Positions 1-14,104 of a stretch of DNA of 64,000 nt are shown piece after piece. Source of the DNA: Selaginella moellendorffii (taxonomy: Eukaryota; Plantae; Lycopodiophyta); contig NW_003314440.1 of the NCBI RefSeq assembly GCF_000143415.4, positions 78,895 to 142,894 on the forward strand. Reading direction: 5' to 3'. Made by a program: the position numbers and the translations under genes. Each line of letters begins with the position of its first letter. Positions within the stretch are counted from its first letter, which is position 1. Under the pieces are notes generated by a model. That model was given only the letters and a program-made list of their open reading frames with translations, was not told the DNA's origin and searched no databases.

Positions 1-633
1 TCTCCATGCTTTTGCAAGCTCCACCGCAGCCCGCGTTAGCTGCCATTGCTCACAAGATAAATTTTTTCAAGCTCTCGATCCACGAACAAAGTGCGGTACC
101 TGGCCTGAGATCAAAACAAGCTTTCAGGGGACAAACGGGACTTTTTTTCGTGAGACAGACCAGGGTGTTCTTCCAGCTTCGTCTCCAGCCTTTCAAACAG
201 AGTGAAAGCATCAGCGGTGGCGCCTGCTCGATCAATCAATCCATTGTCATGGCTATGTAAGCTCAATCAAGCAAAGCGCTACCTGCAAAGCCTCCGATCA
301 CATTCTCCCCAATCCTTCGGACCTTACGTACGTTGGGCTTGAGTATCTCGGCGCCCATGGTGACTTGCCCGTCCCCGATTATCACCACCGAGTCATTCTT
401 GCGGATGCAAAGAACCGTGGTCCCGATCATGCCCTTGTCCGAGTGTTGCATTCGCCTGGAGTGACAAGCTTAGAAGAAAGGAGAGAGAAGGAAACAAGTA
501 CCTGGCAACAAAAGAGAATGCTTCGCCAGCTCCTCCTGCTGGAGAAGAAGAGTGTAATTTAGAGCGATGGATGTAAGCGCGACTTACGCAAGTGGAGAGA
601 TGGCAGCCGCGCACGCGCGCGCGCCATTGTCAT
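1..633 (-). CDS. hslV: HslV (ClpQ-type) ATP-dependent protease subunit, organelle-targeted; multi-exon, 3' end runs off window
   Basis: Mature N-terminus [23 protein letters not shown]...[15 protein letters not shown], then exons [20 protein letters not shown] and [10 protein letters not shown]; presequence-like N-terminus from ATG at 633/627. Confidence 0.9.
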
Positions 634-716
634 CGCTCACACCCGAGCAGCCCTAACTAGGGCAAGCGATAGAAAAATATGGAGTCTTGAGAAGCGCGCG
701 TTCTCTTTGCTCTTGG

Positions 717-2666
717 ATGGGATATCATCTGGTAGCAGCAGCAGCAGCAGCGCCATTGGTGCCATCGCTGGACAGGTTTGCCAGCTCCAAATCCATATGT
801 GGGAGAGGCTTAAAATGTGGGAGGAGGAGAGTAGCGGCAGCAGCAGCAATGGTGGCTGCGCCGCCCCAGCCTCAAGTGGAGGAGGCGAGGCAGGGAGTGG
901 AGCTGATGCAGCCCGAGTACTACACAATCGGGCACCTCCGCCACGTCCGAGCATACGGTGTCCACTTCAAGGAAGGGCCGGATGGAGTTGGAGTGTATGC
1001 TGCCAAAGACATGACCGACATTGAGAGGCCAAGGGTGGGTAAGTCTGGATTGCTTTCTGGGACATGAAACTCTGACCAAAGAACTTATCCATCCTTCTCT
1101 CTTCCTCCACAGGTTATACTCGAAGTACCCATGGAGATACTTGTCACCGTGAGCAGCAATCTCCCTTGGATGTTCTTCCCGGATATTGTACCAATCGGTC
1201 ACCCAGTGTTTGATGTTATCAACTCGACTGATCCCGAGGTGAGTGCCAGGGAGTTACACGGTCTCTGTGGACTGAGAGTTTTTTCATTCCAGACTGACTA
1301 CGATATCAGGCTGGGGTGCCTCCTGCTGCTGGCGCTCGAGCAAGACGGCAACTTCTGGAGGCTTTACGGAGACTATCTTCCAAATCAGGCAGAGAGCACG
1401 GACTTGCTTCTTGCAACCGAGGTAAGCTGGTTGTCAGATCTTCTCAAGGAAACCATGGTTTCTCTTTTGTCCCTCAGGAAGAACTTGACGCGCTACAAGA
1501 TTCCGTGCTGTCTCAGTGCATCAAGGACGAGCAGGAGAAGATTCAGAAGAAATGGGAGGAGTGTTTTGTGAGTAGACTTGTAACATTTCCAGAGATCATA
1601 GCTGAGTTTTACTTCCTCGTGGCAGCATCCGGGGGCGCCTTTGAAGCTAAAACGCTTGGCCCGAGACAGCGACAGGTTCAAATGGGCCGTTGGCATGGCA
1701 AGGTCACGCTCGCACACACTCACCATGAAGATCGGTTCTAAAGTCCAAGTTGCCAACATAATCTCCCCCTACGCTGGTAACACCACATACTTTGATGGTC
1801 ATCGTAATTCTCGTTTGTTTTTCTTCTCTCGGTGTGCGTAGATATGCTAAATCACTCGTTTCAACCAACTTGTTCCTTGCGATGGCGAGCCTGCGATCGG
1901 GTGCTCGAAGTGGTGGTCAAGGCCGGGCAGACGATTAGAGAGGGAGACGAGGTTAGTGTGTTTCTTTTTTCTCACACGCAGCTAAAAGTTCCGTGTATGA
2001 GCAGATGACGCTTGACTACTTGCCAAAGAAGCCGACGCGAGACTACATGCACCGGTTTGGCTTCTCTTCACCAGTGGTATAGACAACGCTCTACACAAAC
2101 AACGATGACCAAAGTGGTTCTTTCTTTTGCAGAATCCTTGGAATGTTGTCCAGTTCAGTGGCTCGGTTTCCATCCACAGGGACTCATTCCTATCTGCGTT
2201 TGGGATCAGTGGGCTGGGGCCAAATTACTACCTGAGAGGTATGCGCTGCTCTTTTCAAACCCGTGACAAGCATCTTTGCTGCTCGTCACAGGCACAGACG
2301 ATCCCATGGCAGATGGAGCTGTTCTTGCAGCAGCTCGGATTCTCCCGATGTGGTCGGATGCGGATCTCCCGTTTCTGCCTAGCATGGAAAAGCGAGCCGT
2401 GAGGGAGCTACAGAAGGAATGCCGGCAGCTACTGTCAGCATATCCAAGTAGCTACGAACAAGATGTGAAGCTCATGGGTAAGGAGTCTCTTCTTTCTTGG
2501 TTTTCGGTCTTCGCGTAGCTCACTTTTGGGCTTTCCAACAGCGGCAGCTGGAGAGGACAAGTCCGTGAGATGGAAGTCGGCATTGAAGTACAGGTCTGAT
2601 GAGAAGCTGTTCTTGAGAAAGGTGGTGAGGATCTTGGATGTCTACTTGTCCAGACTTTTGTATTGA
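717..2666 (+). CDS. PTAC14: SET-domain plastid protein, pTAC14-like (multi-exon)
   Basis: RAYGVHFKEGPDGVGVYA, PWMFFPDIVPIGHPVFDVINSTDPE, DIRLGCLLL..FWRLYGDYLP, SET motif DMLNHSF; last exon ends ...YLSRLLY-TGA at 2666. Confidence 0.85.
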
Positions 2667-2724
2667 GTTGGCTCCTCACGCCCCAAAGAATGCGAAACAG
2701 CATGAGAACCGTTACTACGCTCGA

Positions 2725-4782
2725 ATGCTCCGCGACTGCTACAATAGCACGGATGATCCAGCGGACGTTATCCTGTGGAAAGGGAAGGGGATATTGGAGG
2801 AGATCAAGACGGCCGGGGTGGGATTGGATTCTTTCCTTGGGAATCACGTAGTGGACATGTACCTTCGTTGCGGTTGCTTGGAGGATGCGCGCCGGACAAT
2901 GGATGAAATGCCATGCAGGGACGTCATTTTGTGGACCAACATGATTGCAGCATTTGCCCAGTCTGGGCAACACAGAAAAGCAGTTGGGATGCTTCACGAG
3001 ATGCAGCTTGACGGCGTCATGCCCGACGGCTTCACATTCACCACGGTTGTCAATGCCTGCGCTGGAGGCAAGCGAGCCTTGCTGCTGCCCATAGGAAGGA
3101 GAATCCACGCTCGAATCCGAGACTGTGGCCTGGCCTCTCACGTCGTGATTGCCACAGCGTTGGTGAAGATGTACGCAGCACACGGATGTGTGGGAGAAGC
3201 AGTAGATGCGTTTGAAGCAATCGAGCTGCAAAAAAGGGACGTGGTGTCTTGGACTGGTATCATCACCGCATTTGCCGACAACGGGCATTCGCAGGAGGCG
3301 TTAAGCCTGTACCGGAGAATGCAGCTCGAGGGGATGGCGCCGGACAAGGTAACCTTTGTGGCGTTGCTCAATTCCCCCGAGTTAAGCCTCGCCCAAGGCC
3401 GCATGCTCCACTCGCACATTCTGGAGTTCGATGGAGGCAGAGACCTCGTCATGGAGACCGCTGTCGTCAACATGTACGCCAAATGCGGCAGCCTGCAAGA
3501 AGCGCGAGCGGTGTTTGAGCGCATGGAGCAACCAAACGTGGTAACCTGGACCTCCATCATCTCTGTCACCTCCCAGAGCGGCCATTCTCTCGAAGCGCTG
3601 CTGCTATACCGCCGGATGCTGCTGTCGGGTGCCAAGCCCAACGCCGTTACTCTCGCCACCGTCGCCTCGGCATGCGCTGCGGTGGCGGCGCTCGGCCAGG
3701 CACGCTTCTGCCACTCACACGTTCGCGAGGCCGGCGTTGCCGAAGACCCCGTCGTGCAAAACGCCCTGGTGAGCATGTATGGGAGATGTGGGGCTCTTGA
3801 CCATGCTGCCGGCATCTTTTTCACGTCCAGCTCCGCCCCCGCTAACCTCGTCTCGTGGAACTCCATGCTCGCCGCATTTGCCCAGCAGGGCCATCCTGCC
3901 GCGCTGTGGCTCTTCTCACACATGCTCCTCGCAGGCATTTCGCCCGACGCCATCACCTTGACTAGCCTCCTCGCCACCTGCGCCCGCCACCCAGCGCTGC
4001 TGAAAACCGGCTGCTCCCTCTACGCGGCCATGCTTCATGGCACCGACTTCGCCGTGCCAGTCTCCACTCAGCACTGCGGCTGCATTGTGGACTTGCTGGC
4101 TCGCTCCGGCTATCTCGGCTATGCGGAGCGTTTCATCACGAGCATGATGCCGTGCGCGCCAGACGACATAGTGTGGATGAGCCTGGTGGGTGCTTGCAGG
4201 AATTATGGTGACTGGGAGCGCGGGCGACGAGCTGCGCAGCGAGTTATGGAACTCAATCCGGCCTACGTCGGGGCCTACATCCTCATGTCCAACATGTACG
4301 CGGCGCAAGGGAGATGGGACGATGCTGCCGGTGTTAGAGAGCTCATGGCTCGTCGGGGCTTAGCCAAGGAAGCCGGGTGGAGCTCCATCGAGGTGAGGAA
4401 CAAAGTCCATGTCTTCACTGCCAAGGATTGCTCGCATCCCAAGAGTGAAGCCATCTATGCGGAGCTCCACCGCCTGGCGCTGCTTCTCAAGGGCGCCGGT
4501 TACGTTCCAAACACGAGCCTCGTTCTGCAAGACGTCGAGGAGGAGCTCAAGGAGCAGCTGCTCTTCTGCCACAGTGAAAAGCTGGCAATTGCTTTTGGGG
4601 TGGTCAGTAGTACTAAGCCCCGTAGCACGCTTCGGATCATCAAGAACCTTCGCATGTGTGGTGATTGCCACAATGCATTCAAGCTCCTGTCGAGCATCCT
4701 CGAAAGAGAGATTGTCGTCAGGGACACCAAGCGCTTCCACCACTTTTTACACGGCCGCTGCCACTGTGGAGATTACTGGTAA
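2725..4782 (+). CDS. PLS-class pentatricopeptide repeat protein with E and DYW deaminase domains (RNA-editing factor)
   Basis: Intronless ORF; PPR repeats; HSEKLAIAFG, KNLRMCGDCH, RFHHF..G.CHCGDYW C-terminus; first ATG clear of the pTAC14 stop is 2725. Confidence 0.95.
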   Translation: MLRDCYNSTDDPADVILWKGKGILEEIKTAGVGLDSFLGNHVVDMYLRCGCLEDARRTMDEMPCRDVILWTNMIAAFAQSGQHRKAVGMLHEMQLDGVMPDGFTFTTVVNACAGGKRALLLPIGRRIHARIRDCGLASHVVIATALVKMYAAHGCVGEAVDAFEAIELQKRDVVSWTGIITAFADNGHSQEALSLYRRMQLEGMAPDKVTFVALLNSPELSLAQGRMLHSHILEFDGGRDLVMETAVVNMYAKCGSLQEARAVFERMEQPNVVTWTSIISVTSQSGHSLEALLLYRRMLLSGAKPNAVTLATVASACAAVAALGQARFCHSHVREAGVAEDPVVQNALVSMYGRCGALDHAAGIFFTSSSAPANLVSWNSMLAAFAQQGHPAALWLFSHMLLAGISPDAITLTSLLATCARHPALLKTGCSLYAAMLHGTDFAVPVSTQHCGCIVDLLARSGYLGYAERFITSMMPCAPDDIVWMSLVGACRNYGDWERGRRAAQRVMELNPAYVGAYILMSNMYAAQGRWDDAAGVRELMARRGLAKEAGWSSIEVRNKVHVFTAKDCSHPKSEAIYAELHRLALLLKGAGYVPNTSLVLQDVEEELKEQLLFCHSEKLAIAFGVVSSTKPRSTLRIIKNLRMCGDCHNAFKLLSSILEREIVVRDTKRFHHFLHGRCHCGDYW

Positions 4783-5230
4783 AATGTATAAAAAACATGG
4801 ACGTTAACTTCTTGCTTTGGCAAATCACCCTCATAACCTCAGTCAACTCAAGTCGAGTCGCGCGCGAGCTGGCCGTTGAACGGCGCGCCGCCTACTTTGA
4901 CCAACTACGGTAGGCCGTGCACCTCCGTAGCGTGCCGTGCTGTACACTCCAAGTACGGCGCAGAGAAGAACAATTCATTTCGGAGATTACTGCTAACACA
5001 CACAAGTGATACAAGAGCAGCAAGCACATTAGATAGGTAACTCTCAAGGTACAAAAAAGGAGAAAAAAAAAGCAACCAGCCACTTTGGTGTCATACTAGC
5101 TAGCTTACCAACACCAGCATTGAGAATTAAGGATAAAAAGGAAGACCACCAGCGGCAGCTTGATGGACACCTGTTAAGAAGAAGATGATCCCACCCAGCT
5201 CTCTCTCTCTCTTCCAGTCTGGGGCACAGG

Positions 5231-7163
<1,933 letters not shown>

Positions 7164-7952
7164 ACGCTGCTCTTGCCTCCTCCTCGTTGGTGGTGGTGCT
7201 GCCGCTTATCCAGTCACTAGGAGGAGCTGCCCACGCACAAGATTTGCCATGCCATGTTAGCAAAATGGACATCCAGATCCAAGTATGCCACCAAAAACCC
7301 TACACCGAGCAGCAAGCAATGGAAGATAGCGAGAGGCAAGCACGCAAACAAGGAGAGGGTTAACCGCAAATCGCAAGGAAAGAGCGAGCGAGCGAAGAGA
7401 GAGAGAGAGAGAGAGAGAGACCTGAGACGAACAAGCTCTTGGCGCCGCGCATCACATGTGTATTCTACCACACCTCCCATCCATGGCGGCCGCGCCCTCG
7501 CCCTCTGCCCTCGCCCTCCTCCGCCGCCGTCGTTACCTAGCAAGCGCCAAGATGAAGCCCCTCTCCCTCCTCACCCGCCATTCATCTCCATCCCGCCCCA
7601 GTCGCCGGAAATGGGAGGGGATCTCGCCAGATCTCGCCCGCCACGACCTATCCCCTTGCGCGCCCTGTGATTAGAGAGGAGTGTGTGTGTGTGTGTGATG
7701 CGTGGGGCTTGGAGGAGAGAGGGGACGAGCGAGAGAGAGAGAGAGAGAGACAAGGGAAGGGAGAAAATAGGGGTCAATATGGTCGCACCCCTTCTTTCTT
7801 CCCACTGCCTTGCTAGCCTATCATGTTTCTCGCCATTTATGTGAATTTCTTTTTTTCCCTGGAATAGTTTTATTTCACTTGACGCTAGCGGTATATTTTC
7901 CATGCCACCGGTATATTCTCCTTGCAACCGATATATTCTTATGACGGCTAAG

Positions 7953-8863
7953 CTAGCAGCAGTGCTGCCACGGGTGCTCGACGTTGACAATGACGTCCCT
8001 GACGGAGGCGAGTGGCCGCTGGTGCGGGATGGGCGAGAAGTGGAGCAGCTCCGCGGTCTTGCCGTCGCCGGGGACGATGTCGCCGGGCTCCACCGCCACG
8101 GGCTTGAATCGCTGCATCTCCAGCCCGTGGAGCGCCTTGGCCGGGTCGGGCCCGGGCGGCCTCGGCCTCGCGGGCTCCACCGGCGCGGGCAGCCGCCGCC
8201 AGTCCACAATGTTGAAGTCTGGCACGCCGCTGGAGCGGGCCTGGAGGAAGAGCTTGCGCAGAGTCTGCCGCCACCTGTGAAAGTTCTCAATCTTGAGCAG
8301 TGGCGGCATCAAAGTTTGGGAGAGCGCGAGCGAGATCGAGACGACGAACCTGGCCAAGTCATCCTCGTGCTTGAATTGTCTTCCGTAGAAGCTGTCCTCG
8401 TACTCCATGGTGAAGATGTCGTATTTGACGGCACTCCGGTTGGAGAAGGTCCTGCCGTGGGGTTTCACGCGGAAAAACTCGTCGCGCAGCTTCTCCTTGT
8501 CCCACGCCTCCTCCCTCTTGCACACGAGCTTGTACTCCTCGTACGCTCGCGCCACCTTGTTACACGCCAGAATCTCCTGTGCATGTACACACACACACAT
8601 ACGCAATACAATCGATCAGTATATAGATCCTATATCGGTCGCTCGTGTTTGTAATTCCCAGAAACTCGATCGATCTATACCTTGTCCCTGCCTCGCCTCT
8701 TGTCGTGAATCTCCCGGATGAAGCCATCCACGTCCTTGTTGAGCCGCTCCTCCTCCGGGGCGTAGTATGTGCACTCCCTCAACGGCTCCACCATGCACGA
8801 CGTCTTGTAAACCGGATGCCTCTGGAAGCCGAAGGTGCGCGCCGCTATCCTCCGCTTGGACAT
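7953..8863 (-). CDS. Uncharacterised protein, probably 2 exons
   Basis: ORFs 8675-8920 and 7953-8606 can be joined across a GT..AG intron (~8578-8680); GC3-rich codon usage; no motif recognised. Confidence 0.5.
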
Positions 8864-9262
8864 GATATCCTGCAATGCAGCAACGTTAACGTTGTTGGGG
8901 GATCGATCACGATCGCGCACATTTGATCATTTTTTATCGCATTTGATCCCATGTCGAGAGAGAAAGCTATCGAACCTGGTCGCTCCCATTGTAGCTGCAG
9001 TAGTGGCAACGCTCCTTGTAGGTGCGCGGCTGCTCCGAAAAGGCCCACTTACCGCCACTCTTGCGAGGATCGCCAAAGTACGGCATTGGGGCATCTCACT
9101 GCTGCTGCGCCGGCCACCGACGACTGCGATTGCGACTGCGACGGCGACGGTGACGGCGGCACCAGAATGTCGCTTGGCCATGTGTATGGACACTCGACAA
9201 GGTATATTTCTTCTTCCCGGGCTACGTGGCAGAGTGTGGCAAAGTTAGGGTTCTTGCGGGAG

Positions 9263-10126
9263 ATGGGGCTCACCAATTTCTACCAGCAGCTCGGATCCAC
9301 CTCCTCCTCCTCCTCGCCGTCTCCATCTCCCTCGCCCTCGCCAGAGCCACACAAGGAGAGCGTGCCGGTCTTCCTCAACGTCTACGATCTCACCGCCTAC
9401 AATGACTACGCCTACTGGTTTGGGCTGGGCATCTTCCACAGCGGCGTCGAAGGTGAGTGTGTGTGAGAGTCGGCATTGTTCCAACGAGTGGGGCGTGGCA
9501 GTGCACGGCGTGGAGTATGCGTTCGGGGCTCACGAGTTCCCAACCAGCGGCGTCTTCGAAGTGGAGCCGCGCAGATGCCCCGGTTTCATGTTCCGGACGA
9601 GCATCCGGCTGGGCAGCACCACCATGGGGCCGCTCCAGCTCCGGCAGTTCGTCGAGACCGTGGCTTCGCACTACAACGGTGACACTTACCACTTGCTGCT
9701 CAAGAACTGCAACCATTTCAGCGAAGACATCACCATGCGCCTCGTCAAACACCCGATCCCGTCCTGGGTGAACCGCGTCGCCAGAATCGGTGAGTGCCTC
9801 GACCACCACGTCTTTACTCTTCTTTGGTTCTAAAGTTTCATCGTCTCCATTCACCAGGCTGGCTCTGCAGATGCTTCCTCCCAGAGTGCTTGCAGCTCAC
9901 CGCCGCCCAACAGATCTGCGAGATCGAGGAGGAAGACAGTGCCCAAGGTGAGCGCGAGCGCGAGCTTACTTTCCTTTTACTCCTTTGCTCACACTTCCAT
10001 GGCACCCGTGCAGAGGAAAACGGCGATAGCACGGCTTGTAAACCAGCAAAAGACGACGAGCACTTGATGGTTTCAGAAGAGACCATCAAAGCCATGCTGC
10101 AACAAGAGCGTACAGCATTGATTTGA
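9263..10126 (+). CDS. DeSI/PPPDE family deSUMOylating/deubiquitinating peptidase
   Basis: PVFLNVYDL, GIFHSGVEVHGVEYAFGAH, YHLLLKNCNHF (catalytic His/Cys dyad). Confidence 0.9.
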
Positions 10127-10306
10127 TTCTTTCCTGCACAGTGCGTTGGCGATACTTTTTTTCGTTTCGCTGCCTCATGCACGGCATTTCCCCGCTCCGG
10201 GAGGGTGTGTTTAAGAAGTGGATGCCGAGATGAGAGCTTAAATCGAATCAATCCATCAGCTACTTAGCAGCGGTTAAGCCTAAAGGCAGCAGCACAAGCA
10301 GCAGGG

Positions 10307-10857
10307 ATGCTGGTTCTCCGTGGTTTGGAAACACCATCCTTCGCTCGGAACTTTGGACCAGCCTCAGGTTTGCGTATCCATCCATCGGCTATGGCGCTTG
10401 AATGTTCTTGGCAGGCAGCCATGGAGTGCCAAGGGGAACAATTCGAGATAAGAGCCTGTCATGGCGTCGGCGGATAAGATCAACGATTTGTTCCAGCAAG
10501 GAACACCAGGAACAACATAGCGAGGATGACGAGCTTCTTCGAGGGATGCAGGAAGACTTGAGACGCATGGATGCTCCAGCTAGTTTCCAAGCCGACCAGT
10601 CTTCGTCATTCACGGACAAGGATTCTCGCATTCCATTGCGAGAGGTCGTGGACAAGGCCCTGATTGTGGACTTTTTCTTCATTGTGGTGGCACTGGGATG
10701 GCTTCTGGCTGGATTGGGCGAGAAAGCGGCATTCAACTCGTCCACACTTCTCGATTCCTGGTACCCACTGTGGCCGTTACTCTTCCAGCCAGCGCTCGGT
10801 TTTTTCATGGCCGGCGTGCTCTTGTCGGTCGTCTTTCCACGCAAGGAGAACAAGTAG
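10307..10857 (+). CDS. Small putative plastid membrane protein (transit peptide plus 2 hydrophobic helices)
   Basis: Two exons; C-terminal LIVDFFFIVVALGWLLAG...LWPLLFQPALGFFMAG. Confidence 0.6.
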
Positions 10858-11079
10858 AGTTCCAGTTCTAGGGAAGGAATTTGTTTTTTAAGGTCAAAAG
10901 GAAGGGAACGCGATCATGGAGGCGCCGGCTTCGTCCGACAGTGCCACCGAATTCAGCTTCTTTCAGGCATGAATGAAATCTTTTGTGTCTTGTCGTTGTT
11001 GTGATAGCAAGCGCTCCATCTCCAGGAGAAAGCTCCCGAGCCGGAACCCACAATTGACAACACCGAGTCTTCAAAGGCA

Positions 11080-11595
11080 ATGCCGCCGCCAAAGCAGAGA
11101 AACAAGGTTCCGTTTGAGAAAGGCTTCAGCCAGATGGACTGGCTCAAGCTCACCCAGAGCCATCCAGATCTAGCAGGTTGGCCGTGCTCAAGCGCTCTCC
11201 TTCATGTCTATACCACTACTTCTTTGCGCAGGGCTCAAGGGGCGATCCAACAGGAGAATGATAGCTATGGAGGAAGTAAAGCAACACAGGAAGCAAGACG
11301 ATGCATGGACAGTTCTACGCGGTCGGGTGTACAACATCACGCCTTACCTCAACTTCCACCCAGGAGGTAATCGAAGAAAGAGTGTGAGTTTGCTTTGGCT
11401 CACGAGAAGGTGTGTTTGACAGGCCTGGACATGCTGATGAAGGCAGCAGGCAAAGATTGCACTTCTCTCTTCAGTAAGTTGATTTGTTTTCTTGGCCCTG
11501 TGCTCAAAGCTTTGTTTGCTCCAGACAAATACCACGCTTGGGTGAATGCCGAGTTCCTCCTGGAGAGATGCCTCTTGGGCGCTCTAGAACAATAG
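11080..11595 (+). CDS. RLF: Cytochrome b5-like heme-binding protein (RLF-like)
   Basis: [38 protein letters not shown] (heme HPGG), [15 protein letters not shown]. Confidence 0.85.
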
Positions 11596-11684
11596 CAATA
11601 TAGCAAGCGCATTCTTTGAATGATTCATGATTCATTTAACTCGAACTTCCCTTTACCTCCTACCTAGGGTTTCCATTCTCAGGC

Positions 11685-12317
11685 ATGAAGTATTTCCTAA
11701 GCGCTGTGCACAAGGCGTTCAAGGAAGGGGGATTAGCACAGGCCTGGCGAGAAGCAAAGAAGGAGGGCATCTTGTGAGTATAGCTTGAGTTCTTTTCTCT
11801 CTGACAAAATTGTGCCTGTAGGAACTGTATCGTAGATGGAAATCTCTTGTAAGTTCTCATTTCACTTGGTAGTGCTGCTAGATCTGACTAGAGCTCTTGT
11901 AGGCTCACAAAGATGTGGGGGAACAAAGACACCCGGCTGGTGGGCATTGACAAATTCGGGAACAAGTACTTCGAGAAGCCCAGTGGCACCGCAGGTATGT
12001 CTTGGCATTCACAGCCAGAATGAAAGAATGGAGCTTCAGGGCGCACGCGATGGGTGGAGTACGCGGACAAGAAATACTACAACGCCTCGAACGTTCCCCC
12101 CGAGTGGCATGGCTGGCTCCACTACGTGACCGATCACACGGCGGAGCAGCTGGAAGATCTGCGACCCAAGCGCTACGGCCTGGAGCACCAACCCAATCGA
12201 ACTGGCGAGGGCGAGCAGTACATATACCACTCCAAGGGCCATGTCCTCAGCCCAAACCAGCGAGATTGGAGCCGATACGATCCTTGGAAGAAGGCCGACG
12301 CGGCCCCCATGTCTTGA
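11685..12317 (+). CDS. NDUFA12: Complex I subunit NDUFA12/B17.2
   Basis: LVGIDKFGNKYFE, RWVEYADK, ASNVPPEWHGWLHYVTD, HQPNRTG. Confidence 0.9.
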
Positions 12318-12322
12318 GAGTT

Positions 12323-12412
12323 AGCGTGTTTAGAGACACTGTCGCAAAGGCAAGCAAAGAGAATAAAGCGTGTTTAGAGACACTGTCGCAAAGGCAAGCA
12401 AAGGGAATAAAG
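12323..12412. repeat. 44-bp direct tandem duplication in the NDUFA12 3' region
   Basis: agcgtgtttagagacactgtcgcaaaggcaagcaaag(a/g)gaataa present twice. Confidence 0.8.
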
Positions 12413-12459
12413 CAAAGCAAGAAAACGAAGAGCTCATAACTTAGGGTTCTTGGTTGTGG

Positions 12460-13732
12460 ATGGCGGTGGAGGAGGACGAAGATGGAAGCGAGAAGGCGGT
12501 GGTCCAGTACGTAAACTTCAATCAGGATGCTGGGTGCTTTGCGTACTCGACGAGCGTGGGCTTTCGCATCTACAGTTGCGACCCCCTCAAGCAGACGCTG
12601 CGGCGAGATTTGGATGGAGGCGTGGGGATTGTGGAGATGGTGTTTCGCTCCAACATCTTGGGGCTCGTGGGGGCGGCTGCCAGGAACAAGGTGATCATCT
12701 GGGACGACGACCAGAGCCGCTGCATTGGCGAGCTCTTCTTCCGGAGCGAGGTGAGAGCGGTGAGGCTGAGGAGAGACGCCGTGGTGGCTGTGCTGGAGCA
12801 CAAGGTCCATGTCCATAGCCTGTCGGATCTCAAGCCGCTGCATGAGGTGGAGACGTTTGACAACCCGAGGGGCGTGTGTGCGATCTCGCCGGCGTCCACT
12901 ATGTTTGTCCTTGCGTGCCCAGGTACCATGAGCGGAGGTGAGGTCCGGCTTGAATTGTATAGCTTAGGCAAGACGCTGTTCGTCCAGGCACACGAATCGC
13001 CCCTCGCCTGCCTGGCTCTCAGCCAAGACGGGAGGCTACTGGCGACTGCAAGCGTCAAAGGTACCATTGTTCGCATCTTTGACACCAACGACGGAACTAA
13101 GCTGCACGAAGTACGTTGAAAGTTTTACTACTAGTGCTAGACAATGCTTCTTTTGTTTGCTCATCTTTGCTGCCATCTTTGCTGCCTCTACTGCGCAGTT
13201 CCGCCGGGGTGCCGAGCGGGCCGAGATTTTCAGCCTGGCACTCTCTGTCAATTGCCACTGGCTCGCCGTGTCCAGTGACAAATGCACCGTCCATGTGTTC
13301 AACCTGGTCAGGAGCAAGTTTGAGCACAAACCGCGACGGCGCCTTCCCAGGCTCTCGGCTTCTTCCATCTTTTCTCTTGCTGCCAATTCCTCGATGGTCC
13401 AAGGTACGTACATACATACAAATGCTCTTTTTTTTTCTTGTTTTCCATCAACCGAGTGAATACATCCTTTACGACAGGCGTGCTTCCCAGCTACTTGAAA
13501 TCGGACTGGTCATTTGCGCAGTTCCGGCTGCCAGCGGACAGCAGAGCCATTGTCGCGTTTGGGGCCGCCAAGAACACCGTTATCATCATCTGCGGCGACG
13601 GAAGGTAAACCGACCGAGCTGGTAGAAATGTCGCGACTGACTTTGATGGTCACCATCAGCTACTACAGATGTGCATACGATGCCGACCGCGGCGGTGACA
13701 TGGTACAGAAGGAGTTTGCAAAGTTCACCTGA
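12460..13732 (+). CDS. ATG18: ATG18/PROPPIN WD40 autophagy protein
   Basis: [58 protein letters not shown], phosphoinositide-binding FRRG. Confidence 0.9.
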
Positions 13733-14104
13733 TGGTTGGTTTCTCTGTACATAAACAAACACGAGGAGCGTATCATCTCCTCCACCACCATTCTTTCTCT
13801 AGAGCTCTCCTCCGGCGCCATCTCCGCAGCAGCGATGCTAAGGTGATCAACCCAAGGGCAGCTCCCGCGGCAAGTGCCAGCATCATCCATCTGCTGCTCG
13901 CGGGAGGATTGTCCACCACCCCTCTCCTCCCGCTGCCGCCGCCACCCATTCGTTGTATAGGAATTGGAGACGGTTTGATATAAAGACGGTTGTCGCTTGG
14001 CTGCTCAATCTATATGACATGGCAGTATTCAATCCTTATCTCCTAAAACTGTATACCAGCCAGCCAACCATGCTTGATCGAGGTACACAACTGGTTTAAA
14101 TCAA

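Noticed and set aside
7395-7750. (GA)n and (GT)n microsatellites
   Set aside because: Ordinary 5'UTR/promoter microsatellites of the GSK3 gene.
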